Shown here: positions 46,128-56,909 of the stretch, one piece after another
How the letters are laid out: each line of letters begins with the position of its first letter
Numbering within the stretch: the stretch's first letter is position 1
DNA from: Candidatus Poribacteria bacterium
GTDB lineage: Bacteria > Poribacteria > WGA-4E > WGA-3G
Length of the DNA stretch: 64,000 bases
Direction of reading: 5' to 3'
Assembly: GCA_965215265.1 (NCBI GenBank)
Contig: OZ244048.1
Location: 3,264,001 to 3,328,000, forward strand
Notes under the pieces: generated by a model
Database searches by the model: none
The model's input: the letters and a program-made list of their open reading frames with translations, nothing else
What the model was told of the DNA's origin: nothing
Program-made: the position numbers and the translations under genes

Positions 46128-46979
46128 ATGATGGCTAAGGTTTCTCTGGTGAGATGGCGACACAAAAGTTCAGGTCAAACACGCCTGACCACTTTAATCG
46201 CCGAAAATCTGCTACCGATTACAACAATATGGTGGCGTGAAATCATCAGGTTTTATCGCCAACGGAGCCGGCTTTTCAGTGCAATTGCACAACCGTTGGT
46301 TTTTTGGCTTCTCATCGGTAGCGGGTTAAGTGCATCTTTTAAACCTGCAGGTGTCTCGGACCAGGCGGACTACATCGAGTATTTTTATCCTGGCATCGTT
46401 GTTTTAGTCTTGCTTTTTACAGCTATTTTCGCTACAATATCCGTTGTACATGATAGGCACGAAGGTTTCTTGCAAGGGGTACTCGTCACGCCGGTAGCAC
46501 GGTGGCGAATTATCATCGGCCAAGCACTCGGAGGCACCACATTAGCTTTCATACAAGGGCTGCTTCTACTGGTGCTCGCACCGCTAATAGGCATCAAACT
46601 TAGTATCATATCAGGATTTCTAACTATAGGCGTGATGGCCCTCTTAGCCTTTGGTTTGACAAACCTCGGCCTGCTCCTCGCGTGGCGGATGGATTCAACG
46701 CAAGGGTTTCATGCAATTATGAATCTTTTGTTGATTCCGATCTGGTTACTGTCTGGTGCATTTTTCCCGAGTACGGGGGCACCAGTGTGGTTAAAATGGA
46801 CGATGAAACTGAATCCGTTAACGTATGGACTCGCAGCACTAAGGCACAGTCTCTATTTTACCACTGGAACGACGGTTAGCGACGTGCCCCCTTTTTTGAT
46901 GTCTGTGCTGATAACAGGGCTATTTTGTCTTTTGACATACGCATGGGCGACTTTCAGTGCTTCTTTCCAAACTGACTAA
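46128..46979 (+). CDS. ABC-2 type permease
   Basis: WWREIIRF, DRHEGFL, LSGAFFP, NPLTY. Confidence 0.9.
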   Translation: MMAKVSLVRWRHKSSGQTRLTTLIAENLLPITTIWWREIIRFYRQRSRLFSAIAQPLVFWLLIGSGLSASFKPAGVSDQADYIEYFYPGIVVLVLLFTAIFATISVVHDRHEGFLQGVLVTPVARWRIIIGQALGGTTLAFIQGLLLLVLAPLIGIKLSIISGFLTIGVMALLAFGLTNLGLLLAWRMDSTQGFHAIMNLLLIPIWLLSGAFFPSTGAPVWLKWTMKLNPLTYGLAALRHSLYFTTGTTVSDVPPFLMSVLITGLFCLLTYAWATFSASFQTD

Positions 46980-47149
46980 GTGGTCTGGAGCTCGCGTACG
47001 TACGAGAGATTTTTTTTCATCGAGAAATCAGGCTAAAATTTAGAAGTGCTTTGTCAAGCACGCAACAAGGTTTTTCTGGCGGAATGGCCACACAAGCTTT
47101 CACGCTAAATAAATCTTAACACTTTAATCGAAGAAAAAAGGAGGACTAA

Positions 47150-47815
47150 ATGCTTCAATGGCTTCCACCAAACGTATCAACGTTCGGGCAAGGTGTTGAT
47201 AATATCTTCCATATCATCTATTATATTACGGTAGTTGTCTTTGTTCTTGTGACGGCGACTCTGATTGCTTTCCTTATTAAATACCGGCATCAAGAAGGGC
47301 GCAAAGCTACCTACATTGAAGGCAGCACGACACTTGAAATCGTCTGGACAGTAGTGACTGCAGCGATTGTTTTTATCCTCGCCATGCTCAGTCTGCCTCA
47401 ATGGAATAAAATTAAATCGCCAACGGATTTCCCGGTGAACCCGGATGTGCTGGTGCAGGTTAGCGGTAAGCAGTTTAACTGGGATATGACGTACCCTGGT
47501 CCGGACAATGAGTTAGGAACAGACGATGACCTGCAATTGGAAAATGAACTGCATGTCCCTGTTAACGCGATTGTGCATATCCGATTAACGGCGGAAGATG
47601 TCATCCACAGTTTCTTTGTCCCTCAATTACGGCTAAAACAGGACACGTTGCCCAACCGGTTCATCGACGTCTGGTTTGAAGCCACCAAAGCCGGACGTTA
47701 TGAAATTCCGTGTGCAGAACTTTGTGGTTTTGGACACTCAGGCATGCTCGGTTACCTCAATGTACATTCGCAGGAAGACTATGATGCCTGGGTGAGGGAA
47801 CGTTGGCCCCAATAG
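47150..47815 (+). CDS. coxB: cytochrome c oxidase subunit II (CuA)
   Basis: LEIVWT, DVIHSF, CAELCGFGHSGM. Confidence 0.95.
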   Translation: MLQWLPPNVSTFGQGVDNIFHIIYYITVVVFVLVTATLIAFLIKYRHQEGRKATYIEGSTTLEIVWTVVTAAIVFILAMLSLPQWNKIKSPTDFPVNPDVLVQVSGKQFNWDMTYPGPDNELGTDDDLQLENELHVPVNAIVHIRLTAEDVIHSFFVPQLRLKQDTLPNRFIDVWFEATKAGRYEIPCAELCGFGHSGMLGYLNVHSQEDYDAWVRERWPQ

Positions 47816-47835
47816 GCAATAAGGAGTAAATAACC

Positions 47836-49659
47836 ATGAACGATAATGAACATACGTCACATCATCACGAACAAAGTTTTATTAGCAAATACATCTTCTC
47901 GCTTGATCACAAGACTATAGGGAAGCAGTTCCTCATTTACGGGCTGATAATGTTTTTTGTTGGAGGTGGGCTCGCGCTCCTCTTTAGATGGCAACTCGCT
48001 TATCCTGAAAAACCTTTGCCTATCATAGGGGCATCGCCAGGGTACCTTGAGGATGGCGAAGTTACCACTGGTGCAGATAGGATGTGGGAGCGGATTTATG
48101 AGTCAGAAAAGGAAGAGTGGCTTGAGGTAAATATGCCCAACGGGGTCGTTGAACCTGCTTTTTACAACATGCTGTTTACGATGCATGCAACCGTGATGAT
48201 TTTCTTTGTCGTTGTCCCTATTTTGGTCGGCGCGTTCGGAAACTTCCTCATACCTCTGATGATTGGTACACGAGACATGGCTTTCCCTATTCTCAATATG
48301 CTCTCCTTTTGGCTTGCAGTGCTTGCTGCGATTGTGATGGCGATTGGGTTTTTCGTCCCCGGTGGCCATGCAGCATCAGGATGGACGGGCTATGCGCCGC
48401 TCTCAGCTGACGCACAATGGACCGGTGTAGAATGGGGGCAAAATCTCTGGGCGATAAGCCTCTTAATTCAAGGGTTCTCCTCGTTAGTCGGCTCTATTAA
48501 TTACATCACGACGATTATTAATATGCGTGCCCCTGGAATGACGTTATTCCGGATGCCGTTAGTCATCTGGTCTCTGTTCATCGTCGCGATCCTCCTGCTA
48601 CTCGCCTTTCCTGTCTTTTCTTCTGCATTGGCACTACTCATATTTGATAGGCTTGCGGGTACGACCTTCTTCACTGCTACGGCTGAAGGGGGCGGAGATC
48701 CGCTCTTATGGCAACATTTATTCTGGTTTTTCGGACATCCTGAAGTTTACATCCTTATTTTGCCAGGAATGGGTATCGCATCCGAATTAATCGCTGTCTT
48801 TTCACGTAAACCGATTTTCGGTTATCGTTCTATGGTATACGCTATGATCGCCATCGCCTTTTTGGGATGGATTGTTTGGGGACACCATATGTTCCAAAGC
48901 GGGATGCGCCCTGGATTGGGTTCAGCCTTCATGACAACAACGATGCTCATCGCTGTACCGTCCGCAATTAAAACGTTTAACTGGCTCGGAACGATGTACA
49001 AGGGTTCCATCCGATTTACGACGCCGATGCTACACGCTATCGCCTTCGTGTCAATGTTTGTAATTGGGGGGCTCAGTGGTATCTATATGGCAAATACACC
49101 CGTTGACATCTTTATCCACGATACCTACTACATTGTCGCACACATTCACTACGTTGTCTTCGGTGGGAGTCTGTTCGCTATCTTCGGGGGCATCATCTTT
49201 TGGTTTCCGAAAATGTTTGGACGCTACATGAACGACACACTTAGCAAAATTCACTTTTGGTTGACGTTCATCTCGTTCAATTGCACCTTCTTCCCGATGC
49301 ATATTCTGGGTGTAGGTGGACACATGCGGCGTATCTCTAATCCGATGCAATATGAATTCCTCCAAGGGTTTGAAGGAATGAACATCTTTATTACAATGAG
49401 TGCGTTCACACTCGGCATAGTCCAACTGATACTTGTCTTTAACTTTTTCTGGAGTATGTACCGCGGCAAAGTTGCAGAGCAAAATCCGTGGCATGTAAAC
49501 ACATTGGAATGGGAGGCTCCGACGCCAGTACCGCATGGTAATTTTGGGCAAATCCCCACCGTTTATCGCGGTCCGTATGAATACAGCGTGCCGGGGGCAG
49601 AATCTGATTGGATTCGGCAAGCGGATCCAGAGCATGTGCCGGCAAGTGCTGGAGACTAA
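47836..49659 (+). CDS. coxA: cytochrome c oxidase subunit I, A1 type
   Basis: DHKTIG, FTMHA, WFFGHPEVY, WGHHM, VAHIHY. Confidence 0.96.
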   Translation: MNDNEHTSHHHEQSFISKYIFSLDHKTIGKQFLIYGLIMFFVGGGLALLFRWQLAYPEKPLPIIGASPGYLEDGEVTTGADRMWERIYESEKEEWLEVNMPNGVVEPAFYNMLFTMHATVMIFFVVVPILVGAFGNFLIPLMIGTRDMAFPILNMLSFWLAVLAAIVMAIGFFVPGGHAASGWTGYAPLSADAQWTGVEWGQNLWAISLLIQGFSSLVGSINYITTIINMRAPGMTLFRMPLVIWSLFIVAILLLLAFPVFSSALALLIFDRLAGTTFFTATAEGGGDPLLWQHLFWFFGHPEVYILILPGMGIASELIAVFSRKPIFGYRSMVYAMIAIAFLGWIVWGHHMFQSGMRPGLGSAFMTTTMLIAVPSAIKTFNWLGTMYKGSIRFTTPMLHAIAFVSMFVIGGLSGIYMANTPVDIFIHDTYYIVAHIHYVVFGGSLFAIFGGIIFWFPKMFGRYMNDTLSKIHFWLTFISFNCTFFPMHILGVGGHMRRISNPMQYEFLQGFEGMNIFITMSAFTLGIVQLILVFNFFWSMYRGKVAEQNPWHVNTLEWEAPTPVPHGNFGQIPTVYRGPYEYSVPGAESDWIRQADPEHVPASAGD

Positions 49660-49712
49660 GTATTTGTGAATTGTAGGCGCGGTTTCTAACCGTACCTAGA
49701 ACCTGTTTCGTT

Positions 49713-50654
49713 ATGCAGAATTCTACGACTTATAGCCCTTGGCTCCACCGATTTGCACGCCTCACCGTAGGTGCAACTTTCCTACTCATTGTGATAGGCG
49801 GAATTGTCACTAGTACCGAATCCGGTCTGGCTGTTCCCGATTGGCCGACGACCTTTGGCTATAATATGTTCTTATATCCGTTATCGGAGATGGTTGGTGG
49901 CGTGCTTTATGAGCATAGCCATCGGCTGATGGGTTCCCTTGTCGGGCTCCTAACAGTGGTTCTCTTCATTATGCTATGGGCAAAAAAGTCTAGTATGTGG
50001 CTACGGTGGCTCGGCTGCATTGCTCTCGTAGGTGTGATTGTGCAAGGTGTACTGGGTGGCCTTCGAGTGACGCAGCTTTCGCTCGTCCTGGCAATAATCC
50101 ATGCGTGTCTTGCACAAGCGTTCTTTGCACTTCTATGTGGAATTGCCTGGTTTACCTCCCGTGATTGGTTGAATACCACACTGAGGGATAACCCATCAGG
50201 TAATTTACCGGCCAAGAAGTTACGCCGGTTAAGTCTAATTACAACCTGCTTAATTTACGTTCAACTCATTTTCGGTGCGATTTTGCGGCATACAGGGAGC
50301 CGATTGGAGTTACACCTCCTTTTCGCCTTCTTGGTAACACTTCATATTTTCCTTATTGCAAGAAGAATATGGCAAGAAGAGGTACTGTTTCGTTCGGTTT
50401 CGGCATTAATCGGCTTACTTGCTGTCCAATTGCTGCTCGGCACCGGGGCATTCTTTGTGAAATTTACAACCCTCGGTGAAACGATGGCAGTGGCACTGAC
50501 AGTCGCAATAACGACAGGGCACGTCGCGTTCGGCGCGCTCATGTTGGTTATGAGTTTTGTGTTAACTCTGAAAATCTATAGGCTTACTGCCGCCTCAACT
50601 ATCTCATCTGAGTCCCAGGAAGTCATTGCTACTGCAGATGGAGAATTAGTGTAA
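49713..50654 (+). CDS. ctaA: heme A synthase (CtaA/COX15)
   Basis: SGLAVPDWP, YEHSHR, QGVLGG, IIHACLA. Confidence 0.9.
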   Translation: MQNSTTYSPWLHRFARLTVGATFLLIVIGGIVTSTESGLAVPDWPTTFGYNMFLYPLSEMVGGVLYEHSHRLMGSLVGLLTVVLFIMLWAKKSSMWLRWLGCIALVGVIVQGVLGGLRVTQLSLVLAIIHACLAQAFFALLCGIAWFTSRDWLNTTLRDNPSGNLPAKKLRRLSLITTCLIYVQLIFGAILRHTGSRLELHLLFAFLVTLHIFLIARRIWQEEVLFRSVSALIGLLAVQLLLGTGAFFVKFTTLGETMAVALTVAITTGHVAFGALMLVMSFVLTLKIYRLTAASTISSESQEVIATADGELV

Positions 50655-50665
50655 AAAAAATTATT

Positions 50666-51592
50666 ATGCGTTCTACACCGGCAAGCTTAGAAAACAGTGT
50701 TAATGAGCCTAAACCCCCGCCGATGGGCAGTTTTGCGCTGAGCCGTGCGACTGATTATCTGGAACTTGTCAAACCGCGGCTGGTTTTGATGGTGCTCATG
50801 ACAACAGCTGCTGGCTTCTATATTGGGGCATCTGCTCCGGTCAATTGGGTACGCTGCCTGCATACCCTCATAGGCGCGGGACTAACAGCCGCGGGTGTTT
50901 TAGGTTTAAATCAGTATATGGAACGTGATATAGATGCACGGATGGAACGGACACAAGCCAGACCATTGCCCGGTGGAAGGATGCTCCCCCTGGAAGCGCT
51001 CCTTTTCAGTGCGGCCCTCACAAGCAGCGGAATGCTTTACCTGACATTGGTTGTTAATCCGCTGAGTGGGTTCGTACTCTCGTTGATAGTGGCAACTTAC
51101 CTGTTTCTCTATACACCGCTCAAGCAGAAGACATCTCTTTGTACACTCGTTGGGGCGTTCCCAGGGGCATTACCGCCGGTAGTGGGCTGGGCAGCAGCCC
51201 GCGGAACGGTTGCCGGAGAAACGTGGGTGCTATTTGCGATCCTATTTTTGTGGCAATTGCCGCATTCCCTCGCTATAGCATACATCTACCGTGCGGACTA
51301 TGCCAAGGCAGGGCTCCGTTTGTTGCCTGTCATCCATCCGGACGGTGCCAGCACACGTCGTCAGATTATTATCAACTGTGCTGCACTCCTCGGAATTGGA
51401 TTGCTGCCGGCTCTCCTCAATATCGCCGGGAGTATCTATTTTTGCACTGCGCTCCTGGCAGGACTCGTGTTTCTAGCGTTTGGGTTCTATTTGGAACGCG
51501 AGCGTTCGGTAACAGCAGCACGATATATCATGTACGCGTCTCTCCTTTATCTACCACTGATATTTATAACGATGGCAATTGATAAAATTTAG
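50666..51592 (+). CDS. ctaB: protoheme IX farnesyltransferase (heme O synthase)
   Basis: LVKPR, ERDIDARMERT..RPLP, YTPLK, WQLPH. Confidence 0.95.
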   Translation: MRSTPASLENSVNEPKPPPMGSFALSRATDYLELVKPRLVLMVLMTTAAGFYIGASAPVNWVRCLHTLIGAGLTAAGVLGLNQYMERDIDARMERTQARPLPGGRMLPLEALLFSAALTSSGMLYLTLVVNPLSGFVLSLIVATYLFLYTPLKQKTSLCTLVGAFPGALPPVVGWAAARGTVAGETWVLFAILFLWQLPHSLAIAYIYRADYAKAGLRLLPVIHPDGASTRRQIIINCAALLGIGLLPALLNIAGSIYFCTALLAGLVFLAFGFYLERERSVTAARYIMYASLLYLPLIFITMAIDKI

Positions 51593-51705
51593 GTTAGTTG
51601 AGAGTGAAGAATCTTTTATCTTAATTTTGAACTTTTAGCACCAATGTTAACTGGAATGACTACGAATAGTTTGAATAGTTTGGGATTGCATCCATTGGAT
51701 AACTC

Positions 51706-51813
51706 ATGAACAGACCAAATGAACGTACACGAAATCGCCGACTCGGATTCACGCTGTTTTTACTGTTTGTAATTCTGGTTATCATTGCCACCATTGCAAT
51801 TGTGAACGGCTGA
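51706..51813 (+). CDS. 35-aa single-TM small protein, not in the ORF track
   Basis: MNRPNERTRNRRLGFTLFLLFVILVIIATIAIVNG*; its stop abuts the GGAG RBS of the next gene. Confidence 0.6.
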   Translation: MNRPNERTRNRRLGFTLFLLFVILVIIATIAIVNG

Positions 51814-51821
51814 GGAGAAGT

Positions 51822-52406
51822 TTGATGGTGCCTAATACCTCAGAAGTCCGTCCGATCAGTAACGCCCGGTTAGGCATATTAATTCTACTGGGTGCAGAGA
51901 TGATGCTGTTTTCCGGGCTTGTCGGTGCGTTTCTCGTGTTTCGGATGGGAAATGTCACATGGCCGCCCCCATCGCATATAGACATCCAGCTGCCTCGTGC
52001 CGTGACTGGGTTCAACACGGTTCTTTTGCTCATAAGCGGTTACACGATGTTTCGGGCACTGCGTGCAATTCAACAAGAACTGATATCGCAGCTCCGGAAT
52101 TGGCTGCTACTTACCGGTGCGTTAGGTTTACTTTTCCTTGTTATACAAGGAAGCGAATGGGCACAACTCATTAGCAATGGACTCACCCTCCAGTCGGGTG
52201 TCTATGGCGGTATCTTTTATGTGCTAATCGGGTGCCATGCGGTTCATGTGCTTGGTGCAGTTGTTTGGCTGCTTATCGTCTTGGGGCTGGCAATAGCTGG
52301 GTGCTTCTCGGCGGAGCGTCACACCGGGGTTGAGACGTGTGCCATCTACTGGATTTTTGTGGTTGCGCTTTGGCCGATGTTGTATGTTTTGGTGTATTTA
52401 CTATAG
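51822..52406 (+). CDS. cytochrome c oxidase subunit III, copy 1
   Basis: AEMMLFSGL, NTVLLLISG, QGSEW, GCHAVHV, YWIFV. Confidence 0.9.
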   Translation: MMVPNTSEVRPISNARLGILILLGAEMMLFSGLVGAFLVFRMGNVTWPPPSHIDIQLPRAVTGFNTVLLLISGYTMFRALRAIQQELISQLRNWLLLTGALGLLFLVIQGSEWAQLISNGLTLQSGVYGGIFYVLIGCHAVHVLGAVVWLLIVLGLAIAGCFSAERHTGVETCAIYWIFVVALWPMLYVLVYLL

Positions 52407-52420
52407 TGGAGGCTTCCATT

Positions 52421-52663
52421 ATGAAGTTAATATTTTGGGGTTCTGTCCTGATGCTCGTTATTCTGATTGCCCCGGCATGTCTTGAGGCATGCCCAGCTTG
52501 TAAAAATCTTGACGAGCCGATAGGAAGAGGTTTTAATTCAAGTATCTTTTTCCTGATGGCGATGCCGTTTACGGTTGTAGGGGTGATTGGTGGGAGCGTT
52601 TTCTATCATTATCGTCGAGCGAATCGAATATCGCCTAAAAAGGAGGCCGGTTTAGAGAAATAA
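52421..52663 (+). CDS. small membrane protein with signal-like N-terminus and CxxC (ACPACK)
   Basis: GGAGG RBS before ATG52421; SIFFLMAMPF TM; lies in the cox operon. Confidence 0.65.
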   Translation: MKLIFWGSVLMLVILIAPACLEACPACKNLDEPIGRGFNSSIFFLMAMPFTVVGVIGGSVFYHYRRANRISPKKEAGLEK

Positions 52664-52789
52664 ATGACATGTTAGATTGCAAATTTCATCCTTCAAATAA
52701 TCTGGCAAAATACCGCAAATAAACGGAAAAAGAGTGGATTTGAGTCCTGATATTATGCTAACATGTAAACACGAAAGGAGTTAAGTATA

Positions 52790-53440
52790 GTGGAACACGC
52801 TAACAGTTTAGAGCAGACTGAAGACGTATATGAACCCTCGCTGACACCCGATAGCCTCGGCAAGCTCGGCATGTGGATTTTTCTCGTTGGGGATACGATG
52901 TCGTTTGGGGCGTTGCTCGCAGCCTATGCCGCTATCCGTGCTGGCGCGGGTGCTGTAGGCTGGTTACCGCCAAGCGAGGTGCTCGGGATTAACCTTACCG
53001 CTGCGATGACGTTTCTGCTGATTTGCAGCAGTGTCACAATGGTTAAGGCGCTCGAGTCAATTCAGAACGGTAACGTTTCAAGAATGTGTACCTTTCTCGG
53101 GTTAACCATCGCTGGAGGTATCATCTTCCTCGGCTTGCAAGCGTATGAATGGACGGAGTTAATTAAACACGGGTTGACGCTAACCAGCATTCCTGACCAC
53201 GGGTTATCAGGCGCGGCGATTAGCGGTTCAACGCTTTTCGGCCCCACCTTTTATACTATCACCGGATTTCACGGATTGCACGTCACGGGTGGTGTCATCT
53301 ATCTCATCGTTATACTGATACACGGTTTACGGGGCAGGTATACTGCCGAGTTTAACCATGAAGTTGAAATCGTCGGCTTGTATTGGCACTTCGTCGATCT
53401 CATTTGGATTATGGTTTTCACCTTTATCTATCTACTCTAG
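52790..53440 (+). CDS. cytochrome c oxidase subunit III, copy 2
   Basis: KLGMWIFL, SSVTM, QAYEW, TGFHGLHV, GLYWHFVD. Confidence 0.92.
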   Translation: MEHANSLEQTEDVYEPSLTPDSLGKLGMWIFLVGDTMSFGALLAAYAAIRAGAGAVGWLPPSEVLGINLTAAMTFLLICSSVTMVKALESIQNGNVSRMCTFLGLTIAGGIIFLGLQAYEWTELIKHGLTLTSIPDHGLSGAAISGSTLFGPTFYTITGFHGLHVTGGVIYLIVILIHGLRGRYTAEFNHEVEIVGLYWHFVDLIWIMVFTFIYLL

Positions 53441-53452
53441 GAGGACATAACA

Positions 53453-53791
53453 GTGGCAGATACGCCTCACAAAGAGCATCCGAAATACATAAAAATATTC
53501 GTGTGGCTTGCAGTACTGACTGCGGTTGAAATTTTTGTTGCAATGCCAGAATATTCTACTGTTCTCAAAGCAATCTTACTAATCGGCTTGGCCTGTTCGA
53601 AGGCAATCTTAGTGGCTAACTATTTCATGCACCTGAAATTTGAGAGGCGGACGTTGGCCTGGATAGTGATAACTCCGTTTCTTATCTGTGTTTTGCTGGT
53701 TCTGATGCTGATGCCGGACCTGACCTCAAAAGGGCGGCATGATGCGCTGGTTGCACCAACAACCGAAGTTGTCGATACGTCGTCTCATTAA
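53453..53791 (+). CDS. prokaryotic cytochrome c oxidase subunit IV
   Basis: LAVLTAVE, KAILVANYFMHLKFE. Confidence 0.9.
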   Translation: MADTPHKEHPKYIKIFVWLAVLTAVEIFVAMPEYSTVLKAILLIGLACSKAILVANYFMHLKFERRTLAWIVITPFLICVLLVLMLMPDLTSKGRHDALVAPTTEVVDTSSH

Positions 53792-53958
53792 CTTAATTAT
53801 CGGAAAGATGATGTGGCGTTGAGGCATAATAGAATTTCTTGGAAGTAAAACCGCGTGTTGCTGCGAGTGTGTGATATAGGGCATCCCGCTTCCGAGATGG
53901 GATTCTAATTCTCTTGAGAATTGAATAGCACTGCTAACTATTAGCTAGGTTCGGAAAT

Positions 53959-54618
53959 ATGGAAACACAAACAGGTAGCGCCAGCGAGTCTGAACGGCGA
54001 ATTGACAAAAGTACCTTGATCTGGGTGGCGCTAGGCATCATCATCGTAGGTGTCGCCGGCTTCAATCTGTGGGCTGTGCTCGGTAAAAAACCGGTGCCAA
54101 CATCTCAGCTTGCCCCGGCTCCTGTACCGGACTTTACCTTAATCAACCAGCTGGGGCAGCCATTAGGGCTGGAAGAGCTGATAGGCAAAATTTGGGTTGC
54201 TGATTTCATTTTTACACATTGTCCAACAATTTGCCCAATGATGACACAAGAAATGGCACGTCTGCAATCTGAATTTGTAGACAAACCTATCTACTTCGTC
54301 TCTTTCTCTGTAGATGCTGAGCGGGATAGCCCGGAGGTCCTTTCTCGGTACGCAGCGCAATACGGTGCAGACGCGAGACGGTGGTATTTCCTTACGGGCG
54401 AAAGGGAGAGAATTTACGAGTTAGCAAAGAAAGGCTTTAAATTAGCCGCCGGACATCGAGGGAGTGAAATTCTACATAGTACGCGGTTTGTTCTGGTTGG
54501 CCGAGATGGGAACATCTATGGCCGATATGATAGTCGCAGTAAACCGGCGCTTTCGCGTCTCCGGCGTGACATCAACCTCCTTCTTGGGGGCTCGTTCTCG
54601 CCCACTGTGAATCAATGA
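53959..54618 (+). CDS. SCO/SenC copper chaperone
   Basis: FIFTHCPTICP, SFSVD, HSTRFVLV. Confidence 0.93.
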   Translation: METQTGSASESERRIDKSTLIWVALGIIIVGVAGFNLWAVLGKKPVPTSQLAPAPVPDFTLINQLGQPLGLEELIGKIWVADFIFTHCPTICPMMTQEMARLQSEFVDKPIYFVSFSVDAERDSPEVLSRYAAQYGADARRWYFLTGERERIYELAKKGFKLAAGHRGSEILHSTRFVLVGRDGNIYGRYDSRSKPALSRLRRDINLLLGGSFSPTVNQ

Positions 54619-54881
54619 TAAATAACTTGCCTCCTGGGTTGATTTCCTGCGTAATCTTTTTGATTCACGTCCCTTTTGGTTTTTTGCGCGTCAGATATAA
54701 AAAATTCAGTCGTCCTTGGGGCCGATGCCTCTACATTCCGATTATGCTGAATATCATTGCCCGGCGGTTTATCCTTAACTGGGATTGGAAAACTGCCATA
54801 GTTTACTTATGGACGGCAACTCTATTAGCCCATATCATCGCGGGGTATTGGGGTTCGCAACGTAAATCCGATGGCACGTAG
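54615..54881 (+). CDS. small hydrophobic hypothetical protein
   Basis: 88 aa, HVPFGFLR..KKFS, about three TM segments; ATGA overlap with the SCO gene. Confidence 0.6.
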   Translation: MINNLPPGLISCVIFLIHVPFGFLRVRYKKFSRPWGRCLYIPIMLNIIARRFILNWDWKTAIVYLWTATLLAHIIAGYWGSQRKSDGT

Positions 54882-54936
54882 AAGATCCGATGAGATTTTT
54901 CGACAACATCCCTTTGATGCGAAGCAAGGACTAAAA

Positions 54937-56835
54937 ATGCTTAAGAAAATTTATGTTCCTGTTGATAATTCTGACTACTCAGACGCAAGTATCGCCTTAG
55001 GCGTTGAATTCGCAAGGAAATTTGGTTCTCACCTTGTGGGTTCGCACGTCTATGCAGCGAAAATGCATGACGTGCGCTTTAAACAGATGGAATATACCCT
55101 ACCTGAAGAGTACCAAGACGAGGTTGAACTAGAAAAGCAACGGCGTATCCACGATACTCTCATCACTATGGGGCTGCAACTCATTTCTGATTCATACCTT
55201 GAGGTGATGAAGCAGAAATGCGAACAGTTTAACATCCCCTTTGAAGCGAAGATGCCGGAAGGGAAGCATTTCATCAAATTGGTGGAAGATATTCACCAGA
55301 GTGACTACGATCTGGTTATTATGGGTGCACTGGGAATGGGAGCGGTGAAGGATAGTCTGATAGGGGGTGTTTGTGAACGTGTTGTCCGACGGACCAGAAC
55401 GGATACATTGATTGTCCGGAATCTTGAACCTGTCGAAGAGCAAACCGGCAACATCCTCGTCGGCATTGACGGGAGTCCCGAATCTTTCGCTGGATTAAAA
55501 ACCGCTATCAAACTCGGACAAGCGTTTAATAAACAGGTCGAAGCTGTTGGTGTTTATGATCCTTACTTACACTACATTGTTTTCAATTCGGTTGTTAATG
55601 TCCTAACCGAACGTGCGGCTAGAACCTTCAGATTTAAAGAACAAGAGCAATTACATGAAGAAGTCATTGATACGGGCTTAGCAAAAATTTATCAGTCTCA
55701 CCTTGAAGTTGCACGCGCAATCGCTAAAGAAGAGCACGATTACACGCTAAAAATCACCTTGCTTGATGGAAAGGCCTACGAAAAGATTCTGCAATACATC
55801 CGTAAAACAGATACCTGGCTCCTTGTCCTCGGTAGGATCGGTGTCCACAGCGAGCAAGATATGGACATTGGCAGTAACACCGAGAATTTATTACGTCTCG
55901 TGCCCTGTAACGTTCTACTCTCAAGCGAACGTTACTTTCCACAGATTGATATCAAGGCGGAAGAGACGCTTGTCTGGACGCAAGAGGCGTTAGATAGAAT
56001 GGAAAAAGCGCCGCCCCTCGTACGGGGTATTGCCAAAACAGCGGTGCATCGGTTTGCAATTGAGCGCGGGCATTCTGTGATTACGGAGAGTGTCATAGAC
56101 AAAGCGATGGAGGCGATTATGCCGCAACGTGCCTCTGAAAAGTTGACGCGTGTCGCCAAAGAAATTGCAGAACAGCAGGTTTTAGAGTCGGATGCCGTGC
56201 GTACCTATATCTGTGGTGAGTGCGGTTATGCAGCACACAATCAACAACCGATCAAGTGCCCTGTCTGCAGTGCTTCTCCTGAGCGTTTTCAAATGGTTGA
56301 CAAAAGTTCGCTTGAGCATATCGCCGTTGACGAAGGGGGGGCTGCTGAAGAGGAGACGTTTGATGGTGTGCGCCTGAAATGGTCTGAAGAGTCTAAAAAA
56401 GCGCTGCGGCGTGTGCCGCGCGGCTATATGCGGCGGAACGTTAAGGCACGCATTGAGAAATCTGCACGTTCACAAAAAATCGGTACCATCACGAACGCCT
56501 TCGCAACACAGATTATTGATGAAAATATGGGCGAAGCAGCCGCTGTTAGAGAAGACGCACCTGAGCTTCGGGCAGTCGGTGCAACAGCACGCACACAATC
56601 CGAATCCAGCGTTGAGAATTTTGAAAGTCCTCTCGAATGGACAGAGGCAGCAGTTGAACGATTGAATTTAGTACCCGCCGGTTTTATGCGAAATATTACC
56701 AAAACTCGTATTGAACAGCGAGCACAAGAAACAGAGATTGAACAAGTAACGCTTGACTTCGCCGCACGTGTCATTGAAGATGGACGCAGCCTCGCTAATG
56801 AAATCCTCGGACAGTATTATCAACAACCCAGTTAA
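54937..56835 (+). CDS. tandem universal stress protein domains + rubredoxin-like CxxC..CxxC + three PCP_red (BchB C-terminal-like) domains
   Basis: VPVDNSDYS, DLVIMGALG, VGIDGSPES, CGECG..CPVC; WTQEA, WSEES and WTEAA repeats. Confidence 0.85.
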   Translation: MLKKIYVPVDNSDYSDASIALGVEFARKFGSHLVGSHVYAAKMHDVRFKQMEYTLPEEYQDEVELEKQRRIHDTLITMGLQLISDSYLEVMKQKCEQFNIPFEAKMPEGKHFIKLVEDIHQSDYDLVIMGALGMGAVKDSLIGGVCERVVRRTRTDTLIVRNLEPVEEQTGNILVGIDGSPESFAGLKTAIKLGQAFNKQVEAVGVYDPYLHYIVFNSVVNVLTERAARTFRFKEQEQLHEEVIDTGLAKIYQSHLEVARAIAKEEHDYTLKITLLDGKAYEKILQYIRKTDTWLLVLGRIGVHSEQDMDIGSNTENLLRLVPCNVLLSSERYFPQIDIKAEETLVWTQEALDRMEKAPPLVRGIAKTAVHRFAIERGHSVITESVIDKAMEAIMPQRASEKLTRVAKEIAEQQVLESDAVRTYICGECGYAAHNQQPIKCPVCSASPERFQMVDKSSLEHIAVDEGGAAEEETFDGVRLKWSEESKKALRRVPRGYMRRNVKARIEKSARSQKIGTITNAFATQIIDENMGEAAAVREDAPELRAVGATARTQSESSVENFESPLEWTEAAVERLNLVPAGFMRNITKTRIEQRAQETEIEQVTLDFAARVIEDGRSLANEILGQYYQQPS

Positions 56836-56909
56836 GAATAAACTCTAACAGAGACGTTCAGAGCCGCAATGGGGATTGCTACAGCACATCTCAAAACAGA
56901 AGGTAAATT

